This document shows, in pieces, positions 55,563 through 64,000 of a stretch of DNA of 64,000 nt; position 1 is the first letter of the stretch; the number at the start of each line of letters is the position of its first letter. Made by a program: the position numbers and the translations under genes. The notes under the pieces were generated by a model that saw nothing but the letters and a program-made list of their open reading frames with translations, was not told the origin of the DNA and did no database searches. The stretch comes from Proteromonas lacertae (lineage: Eukaryota). Where the stretch lies: the NCBI GenBank assembly GCA_002245135.1, contig NGBS01000011.1, positions 62,001 through 126,000 of the forward strand, given 5' to 3'.

Positions 55563-55979
55563 ATGTTTTTCTTGATCATTTTCATATTATCAGAAAGTGA
55601 AAGAGAAAGAAGAAGATTGAATTGCGAAAACATGAGAAAAATTAAAGCAATGAAAAGAAAACAATTATCAAAAAAGAATTACAATAAGAAATTATTATCA
55701 AAACATTATGATAATGATAATGATGATATTTTACCAGAGAATTATGAATATGATGACAATAATGATGATGAAGATGTAATGGATTATTTTAACAAAAAAT
55801 ATGAAGATTTGATAAAAAGAAAACATGTATATTATGATATACCAGAAAAGAAAAAACAAGCAATTAGAAGTAGAGTTTCAAAGAGAGATATACCTGTTAG
55901 TAAATATAAACCAATAGCATTAACTGATAAACCACCAAGTATAAATGCAATAAAACCAATATATACTAATTTTGACTAA
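55563..55979 (+). CDS. Small basic/acidic hypothetical protein
   Basis: 138-aa ORF, LSESERERRRLNCENMRKIK. Confidence 0.5.
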   Translation: MFFLIIFILSESERERRRLNCENMRKIKAMKRKQLSKKNYNKKLLSKHYDNDNDDILPENYEYDDNNDDEDVMDYFNKKYEDLIKRKHVYYDIPEKKKQAIRSRVSKRDIPVSKYKPIALTDKPPSINAIKPIYTNFD

Positions 55980-56127
55980 ATAATTTCATTTACTATTTTC
56001 TTGTATCTTATTATAGAAAAAAAAATATATTTGTTTTTTAGGGTTTTTAATTTATATTATGTATAGAAGAAAAATAAAAAATGTTAAAATAAAAATACCT
56101 GGTATTAATTTTAAACTCCGAGAGAAA

Positions 56128-58080
56128 ATGTATAATGATTTAAGAAGTACATTAATACCACAAAAAATAAAAATAAATGAAATGAAAAATCCGAAAAGAA
56201 ATTTAGTTCAAGAAATGAAAAATAAAATTAAATAAGCAGCTAATGCACAAGTTGCTTTATATGAAAATGGTAAATATTATGATCCTAAAAATTTAACTGG
56301 CTATAATAAAGGTTTTCCAACTGCACAAGGTATATTAGAGGAAGATGATATTGGTAATCCTATTCAGAATGCTAATCCTACACAAGATGATATTGTTAAT
56401 CCAGGAAGAAATCCTAAATATAATCGGCTGTTAAGTTTTTCAACTGATTCATCATCATCATCAACAACATCCTATCCTTCAACTACTAGAAGAAATTCTA
56501 TAGCATCAAGAATATCATCAAATTTAGAAAATTCAGAATATTATGATGATATAAGAACTAAAGCCAAAAAATTATGGGCTCATATGTTGGATGATGTTCA
56601 AAATAAAATTCATGTAAGAGATAAATGGAATAACTTAATGGAAGGAATTTTAAGAAATGATAGAATAAATTCTAGAAATAAAGTACTAAATGAAGTATTA
56701 AATGAAGAAAAAGAGAATTTTGATTCTGTTTCATCATCAGAAACTAATTATGCTTCTAAATTATTAAATGAAGAACCAATTGTAAGAGATGAATATATAA
56801 CGTATATATTGAGATATCTTAAATTTAATCCAAATGAATGGAATGAATATATAGATTTAGTATTTCCAAATCCTGATAATATTAGTGATGAAGATTATGA
56901 GAGAATTAATAATAGTAATGATGCAAAAATGAATTTAATAAAGTTATTATATTTATATCTACCAACTATTGGTATGAGTATGAATAAGAATGTAATTGAA
57001 ATTGATCAATTAAAAATAGATGAATTAAGAATTGGTGATATTATTGATCGAAATATTGATATATTACTAGAAAATTGTGGATTAGATTATTATAGTAAAC
57101 AAATTAAGATATTATAGAAAGTTATAGTCCTGATACAATTTCACGTAGATCATCTATTAGATCTTCTATTAAATCATATAATGATTTACCACCACCCTCT
57201 GCTCCTAATACACCATCACCTCATAAACCTTCTATATTTTCTCCTGTAAAAAAAGATTCATCAACTGGTTTTAGACCTAGTGATTTACAGGTTGATGGAG
57301 TAAATAGTGAACAAGCACAGATAAATTCACCAGGTGGATTTCCATTATACAATAATGAATTAGTTGATTATTCATCTAATCCAATTAAAGTATCTAATAA
57401 AAGTATTACATCTACTGATCCTATTATGGGTTATCAAAGTAATGAAATAATTAATATTGAAGAAAATGAAGATAATGCAAAAGAAAATGATGATGAATCA
57501 ACAGCAGTTAATCTTGCTAGATTAGAAATTGCTGAATTGAACACTAGATTAATAGAAATAACTAATGATAGAAATGAGATACAACAACAATATGATGAAA
57601 TAAAAAATAAATATGAGAATACTATTGTAGAATATAATGAAAAACTATCTAATGAAAAACATAAAATATCATTTGAATATTTTAATAAATTAACAGAATT
57701 CAGAAATAAAATACAAGAATTAGAACAAAAATTAGGAGAAAAAGAAAACTTATTAGAATATAATCAACAAGAACCTCATCTTAGAGCAATGTATGATGTT
57801 TATAAAAGAAATTTAGCAGAATATATGGAGGAAAATAAAAAATTACAAGATATGATAAAAGATTAAGAAGCTAATAACACTGAAATAATGAATCAATTTT
57901 GGAATATCAATAATAAATATCGTGAAGTTGATGAAAAATACAATCAATTATCTGACATTTATGAAAAATTGGTGAGTTAAAATAAAGATTTACAAACAGC
58001 TAATGATCATTTGAATGAACAACTTATTGAAGCACATGAAGAATTTAGTTTATTACAAGAACAAGTTGTAGAATATAAAA
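56128..58080 (+). pseudogene. Large coiled-coil protein, disrupted and fused by deletion to the capsid-like gene
   Basis: TAA at 56233, 57864 and 57978; frameshift near 57110. Confidence 0.6.
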
Positions 58081-58081
58081 T

Positions 58082-59123
58082 TGGACTAATGATGGATATG
58101 AAATTGCATTAAAGAATACATTTGGAATTCAATCAATTAGAGTATACAATTCAAATGGAGTTAATTTATTCTATGTGTCTGATGATAATTACAGTGATTA
58201 TATTGACTTTATGAGATTACTAACTAGATCACAAACAACTGAAATAAACAATGATCATAAATATTTTGATGGATGTGAGTTGGAATATAATGATGATCTA
58301 CATAAATACATTGTTACTGATTATCATACATTGAATAATACAGATGATAACATATCATATGAACAAATGCTATGGTATGATGGAAAAGAAACAGTTAGAG
58401 TAAAATTATTTTTCAAAAGTGATATTTGTTTCATTGAAAAAATAAAAATCGAAATTAAATTCATGAATATCAAACACTTTACATATGGATATTTAAGATG
58501 TAGAAATAGTTATACTAATCCAATAAATGGTTTTGATGTAAGTGTTTGATATTATGGCTTGTTATAATCAAGATACAGCTTGTAATGAAAATACAATCAA
58601 TTATTGTTGTACACATGAAATAGATATTAATGATTTTCATGTAAACTCTAACAATACAACTACGTCACAAACTGATTATTTAAATTATCAATTTCAAATA
58701 AATTCAAGTTATGGACCTTATTTGAAATTTGTTTTATATCGTAATCTTTATCCTACAGGTTTTCCTATTATATGGTCAGAAGGATCTAATTTTAGATGGA
58801 TGATTAATGATTTTCCTTGGACTGTTGATTATGTTAGAGTTGATCCACAATATGAAAGTTTTCAGAAATTAACTAAAAGATTAAAGAATTGTTATTATAA
58901 TAATAACAGAGAAGATTTATTTATTGAAAATTTCTTTGAATTATTAGATTTCAGTAATGAGAGTTTAATTAATATGTCTAGTAGAAGTGGAAGACCATTA
59001 GATTCTGAATTGAAATTAACTTTTGAAGCACATAATAATACATGGAGTTTCATGCCTAAAAATTCAAGTTTATTGTTAAAAATAGGAAGACAAGGTATTG
59101 AAGCAATTATATATAAAAAATAA
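58082..59123 (+). pseudogene. Probable double jelly-roll major capsid protein, 5'-truncated and frameshifted
   Basis: FGIQSIRVYNSNGVNLFYVSDDNYSDYIDFMRLL and terminal LLLKIGRQGIEAI resemble PLV capsid motifs; beta-rich; adjacent to the ATPase. Confidence 0.5.
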
Positions 59124-59233
59124 ATATTAACAATTAATTAAAAAAATTTGAATTAATCTTTATTATAAAATTTCTTCTACTATTTGTTGTTTTTTTCTCT
59201 ATAAATTTTTCATATTATTATTATTATTATTAT

Positions 59234-59515
59234 ATGATAAAATTAAAAAGAAACAATAATGTTGATATTAATCAGTTGGTTGATAAATCATTAAAGAAAA
59301 AGAAACGAGCAGTCAATAACAAATACAAAGATAGAGAGATATTAGGATTTGATTTCTTCCCAGAACCATTTTGTAATGTGTTTTTACTAGCTAAGAAAAA
59401 CAGTGGTAAAACAACAGTATATTTCTTTGTTTCAACATTTGATACAGATATTATTTATCAAGAAATTAAAGAAACATTGGATAAATATGATATAGAGTAT
59501 GATAATAATGAATAA
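59234..59515 (+). pseudogene. A32/FtsK-like viral packaging ATPase, truncated
   Basis: GFDFFPEPFCNVFLLAKKNSGKTTV (Walker A) followed directly by YFFVST; no Walker B. Confidence 0.7.
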
Positions 59516-59618
59516 TAAAGGGAAATGAGTACAATTTGAAACCCCTATATTTTTGGGTTTTTGTATTCGAAACCCTATATGGTTTTTTTATTCGTTACTT
59601 TTTGTTTTCGAAAATATA

Positions 59619-59690
59619 GTCGTTATGCTTCAAATCTAATTTGCAAAAAATACTCAATTATGTTATTATGCATTGAAAACATCACCAATC
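59619..59690. repeat. 72-bp imperfect direct repeat, copy 1 (copy 2 at 61379-61450)
   Basis: First 33 and last 19 bp identical. Confidence 0.9.
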
Positions 59691-59745
59691 ATTTTTTTAT
59701 TATGCATATACACACCCCCAACACATAGATAATTGATTGAGTTGA

Positions 59746-60310
59746 TTAGTCAAAAACATTAGATCTAATGATTAGTGATTCTTCTTCAGCTTCTTTAATG
59801 ACTTCACTCCGTCTATTTCTGTAGAACTCTATTTTCGGTGGATTGACTGATGAAGGGAAATTGTAGTAAATATTTATACATTGACCTACTACATTTTGAT
59901 GCTTGAAAATATCATCAACAAGGAATGCATGGAGCTTACTTCTGACTGATGCTGTCTGGTCTCCATAAAATTTCATCACATCATGCCATTTGCAACCATT
60001 ATCTCTAATGAACTCCAATTTTCTCTGAAATGTTAATCTTCTGGTGTATAGCAACATCTCTGAACTGAAGCTGAGAGTACCGTTTGCTGTCGTGTACATT
60101 GCATCTAATTTGATAATACATTCATCCAAATAGTTCTGAAATAACTCTTGTTGCTTAATAGCCATCGACTTGTATACATCTACTACCTTTAGTTATAAAT
60201 GGTTGAATGATTGATCTAATGTCTCTTACTTTCTTAATTAGGTCTGGGACAACTATCATCTTAAAATCACTATAGTATAACTCATCATAGGATCTGAGAC
60301 GTTTAGACAT
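59746..60310 (-). CDS. Hypothetical protein with a probable frameshift near 60190
   Basis: MSKRLRSYDEL frame switches to VVDVYKSMAIKQQELF. Confidence 0.5.
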
Positions 60311-60443
60311 GTTAATAATGAAAATTAGTAACAGAGAGTGAAACGGATATACTTTTTATTTTCTTGAAACCTAATTGGATGACTCCTATACGTGTTCCAA
60401 CATGATTGTTCAAAACATATATCTTTATCAACTAACCAGTTAA

Positions 60444-60815
60444 TTGATACAAAATATAAAAAAATATCCGTTTCATATAGATATTATGATTACTCCTAAA
60501 ACTTACATATTAATGGATTTATTAGTGGTACAGATCACAACAAGTGCCTGTACTATACTCATCATACCTCCTGAGACAAATAAGAAGCTTTTAGAAGAAA
60601 ATGTCAAAATCATGTTGTGTGGTCCAGACTATACTATCAATGAACCTCATTTACAAGTCAATGAGGATAAGAAGGAATGGAATGTGATATTTCCCCAGTG
60701 CTTTAGACCACATGTTAGAACAAGTCTAGGTGATCCTTGGGTACAGAAGCATGTCAGCTGGGATGATTTTAGAGAAGATGTAGAGTATGAAGAATTCATG
60801 TGTAAGAAAATATAA
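60444..60815 (+). CDS. Hypothetical protein, paralog of 60787-61308
   Basis: IIPPETNKKLLEENVKIMLCGPDY...RTSLGDPWVQKHV. Confidence 0.6.
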   Translation: MIQNIKKYPFHIDIMITPKTYILMDLLVVQITTSACTILIIPPETNKKLLEENVKIMLCGPDYTINEPHLQVNEDKKEWNVIFPQCFRPHVRTSLGDPWVQKHVSWDDFREDVEYEEFMCKKI

Positions 60816-61308
60816 AATCAAAAAGGAGGATCATTTTGACATTCCGAAGATGGATCCAGGCATGGAAGAATTTGTATGCAATCCTATAGGAAACCATGTT
60901 GGAAATATAAAAGATGTGGTCTTTGACAGCAAAATTGGTTATATGGTTTACAAGTGTAAGAATGATAATTCAGCACCTCTATTCCAATTAACATATCCTG
61001 AAGATGATAAAATCGAAGGAATACAATGCTACCTAAAGATATGTCCTGAAAGTAATAATTTTTTAATGGATAACAATGCAAGAATCACAATACTTGGACC
61101 TCAGTTTCATTTAAAGATTCCATTATTCCAGAGATGCAAAGAGCACAATTCCTATGAGATTATACTTCCAAGAGCTCCAGTTATCTTAGATACAACATTA
61201 CCTTACAATTGGGTTCAACAGCATATCAAAATATGTTGGGAGCCTAGCAAAAGCCATTTGATTGAAGATTTAATTGCTAAAGGTATTATAGTGGATCCTT
61301 GTGCATAA
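60787..61308 (+). CDS. Hypothetical protein, paralog of 60444-60815
   Basis: ICPESNNFLMDNNARITILGPQF...DTTLPYNWVQQHI. Confidence 0.65.
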   Translation: MKNSCVRKYKIKKEDHFDIPKMDPGMEEFVCNPIGNHVGNIKDVVFDSKIGYMVYKCKNDNSAPLFQLTYPEDDKIEGIQCYLKICPESNNFLMDNNARITILGPQFHLKIPLFQRCKEHNSYEIILPRAPVILDTTLPYNWVQQHIKICWEPSKSHLIEDLIAKGIIVDPCA

Positions 61309-61378
61309 ACATGAGAGAAGTAAAAATATATCCGTTTCAGGATAAAAATATTTTTTGGGTTTATATATTTGAAATTTT

Positions 61379-61450
61379 GTCGTTATGCTTCAAATCTAAT
61401 TTGCAAAAAATGCAAAATTATATTATTATCTATTGAAAACATCACCAATC
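61379..61450. repeat. 72-bp imperfect direct repeat, copy 2
   Basis: Matches 59619-59690. Confidence 0.9.
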
Positions 61451-61949
61451 TTTTCGTAATATTATGATGGACTCATATATGCCCTTAGTTTGACTTTCTA
61501 TTATAATTCGATATCTAAATAGATTTCAAAATAAACTAAAAATATCGATACATATATCATGATTACCATATGGTGTGATATGACACCATATAGTGATAAA
61601 AAAACAAAACAAAAAAATAGAGTTCAAGCCAAATCACTTTTGTAACGAATCTATTTTTTCAATTATTAAAATTTCTTATAAGACGTATATTGCTTATCTA
61701 TATAATGCTAATTAATTATGTATATCATAAACACAACACCCTACACAAACACAATCAATCATTTGAACAAATTAGGATCAGAGATTAATAATGGAAGCGG
61801 ACAGTACTCATCATCATCATCTTCCTCTGTGCTCACATCTTCCATTTTTTTTGTTTGATTTCTTTCTTTGAATTGTTCTCTTCTTTTTGAATTTAGGAGT
61901 AGTTGAAGTAGTGCACTTTCTTTTTGTAGATACTATTTTCAGCTAGGTT

Positions 61950-62816
61950 TTCAAACAATGATACTGAGATTCCTTCAAATATCTTTACCCATTGATTTAG
62001 GAATTTACATATGTCATACGTAACTGCACTATCTAAACCAGTACTAACTTTATCTAATAACAATACTCTGGCTGGACCAGCTAATGCCTCACCTAATGTA
62101 ACTCTTTTCTTTTCACCTCCACTAATACCTCGAATCATTTCATCACCTACTACTGTATTTTCGCAGATATTCAATCCCAACTTTTCTATCAACAGTTTGG
62201 TTTTATTACTCACATCAAATTCTAATCTGTAATGGCCTATTTTTAATAAATTACCTTTACCATTCAAACAATGAACTGAAAAGTCTAATGTTTCTTTCAC
62301 AGTCAAATTGCCTAATTGAATGTCATTTTGACCACAGAAACTACACAATTTCTTCCAGTTCAAACTCTCGATTGGCTTACCATCACATTTCACACTTCCT
62401 GTGTGTTTACTAAATGGAATATAACCTGCCAATGCCTTTAAGAACGATGTACTACCAGAAGAAGGAGGGCCAAATACCTAATTGCTTATAAGTATGTTTT
62501 ATACTAATGTTGATGAACCAGACTTGAAGTGATAAGTCACATCCTTAAGAACCACTTGATTTTTCTTACTTGATAAACCTAATCCATCCACTACTTGACT
62601 GTAAACTCCAGTAACAATGTTTGGAATATCATTATACTCTCTTTTCTTCTTCTTTACCTCATAGGTGTAGTTTTTAATAACAATATCAACTTTTGGCAAG
62701 TCTGATAAAAATATCTTTAACTCCCTTGCATATTTCACATACTCTGATTTTTCTATATTTTCGTCATCTGTTATACATACACTAACTGGTAGATGATTAA
62801 CATTACTCATTATCAA
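61950..62816 (-). pseudogene. ABCG/PDR transporter N-terminal NBD, 3'-truncated
   Basis: GPPSSGSTS, IRGISGGEKKRVTLGE, LLDKVSTGLDS; similarity stops at GISVSL with no TM domain. Confidence 0.8.
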
Positions 62817-63435
62817 TTCAGTTAATGTATTGGGTGTTTTTTATTTTACTATCTCCTGTATAATATATAGTTTAACATACATATAATTAATCACATTATT
62901 ACTTTCTATTATAATCACTTCATCCTGAAGGAAAAATAATAAAAATATTTTAGAGTTTTGTTGTAAAAATTATAATTCCCCTATATAATTCCAACATAAA
63001 TGGCACAAACCAAATCCATTAGCAAAATCACTAAAACTAATTATACTCCAAAAATTATATTAGTAAACGTTTGAGAACTATGAATAAAGGTAATAAAGTA
63101 CAAATATCCTGTAAATACACAAATATTCCATAACTACATTAGCTTATTGCACCTTTTTAGCTTAAATTTCAACATATGTACTTCCAAATTACCAATCTCA
63201 ATTATTTAATAGTCTAATAGTGTATTACAAAATAATTTAGATGTTCCAATTCTCTAGGTTATAACATTGTGAATTAAGAATTGATTTAACTGCTTAAAAT
63301 ACGTCATGTTATTTAAACGCTTTAAGGTTAAGTTTTTTTTCAATGTTAAATCTACTTTACCATTACTTCAATATTTCTTAATTTAAGAATTTTCTGAAAA
63401 ATTCTCAAACTTATGTTAGGTTTGAGTTGTTATAA

Positions 63436-64000
63436 TTAAGCCTATTATTAAAATTATTGTATCTACCCTTAAAAAGTATAAAAATACTAATATATTTCAC
63501 TCCATATGAAGAGATAGAATATAATGAAAATGTAGTATTTGAAATAAGTGGAATAAGTACTCAAACAGTAGAAATAAGAGGAAGAGGATCTCAATTACAT
63601 TTAGAATTAGTAGATTTGAGAAAACAAGTAATCAATTTTGGTAAAGTAGAAGTGAATAGTGATAATAATAAGAGTATAGAAATAATCAATCGTAGTTTAT
63701 ACACTTACAATTTCGAAGTAGTAAATGAATCAAATGAAGGAATGTTTGGTGATATAAACTGTGTAAGTATAAGTCCAAAAGGTGAAATAACAATAAAACC
63801 AAAACAAATGATTAGTTTAGATATAAATTTCCATCCAAATCAGAGATTATTAGCATTTGAGAATCATTACAATGTAAAAATCAATGGTGGTGAAGCATTA
63901 TCATTCTTTACAGTAAAAGGCGCTTGTCAAGGTGTAGATGTAGTAATAGAAACCTCGTTATTGCAATTTGGAGCAGTGTGTTTAGGTTCATCAGTAACTC
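63436..64000 (+). CDS. HYDIN: Hydin-like ASH/Ig-domain segment (internal fragment, runs off the window)
   Basis: YFTPYEEIEYNENVVFEISGISTQTVEIRGRG...INFG...ITIKPKQ...FHPNQR...VKGACQG...LQFGAV. Confidence 0.75.

Larger units (their letters stand above)
50760..61950. mobile_element. Degraded endogenous Polinton-like (PLV/MELD-type) dsDNA virus region; boundaries approximate
   Basis: Block of mostly intronless orphan ORFs with an A32-like ATPase remnant and probable capsid gene; no TIR, pPolB or integrase seen. Confidence 0.65.

Overview
Very AT-rich eukaryotic nuclear DNA with tightly packed genes and tiny (mostly ~20-45 nt) GT-AG introns. Putative-Ig (He_PIG-like) repeats, BTB proteins and a Hydin fragment suggest a flagellated protist, perhaps a Blastocystis/Proteromonas-like stramenopile (inference). 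Highlights: (1) An ~11.6 kb gene for a giant class C GPCR-like receptor with about nine tandem UrtA/AmiC-like Venus-flytrap modules before a 7TM domain. (2) A tandem family of degenerate EF-hand genes. A recent unequal crossover made a chimeric copy, which was then hit by a 5.1 kb CACTA-type element (TIRs plus TA duplication). The element carries decayed gene fragments and appears to supply a new in-frame first exon. (3) A housekeeping block (COG4, GCIP, ASNSD1, XPR1, PRIM1, PRP4, REV7, panC, SDR). (4) An ~11 kb decaying endogenous Polinton-like virus region with a packaging ATPase and probable major capsid protein, an ORF with H3-tail-like and Pol II CTD-like motifs, and a repeat-flanked cassette. 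It lies among host gene fragments (PCCA-like, deoC, ABCG, Hydin). All family calls come from motif recognition by eye; exon boundaries are manual.
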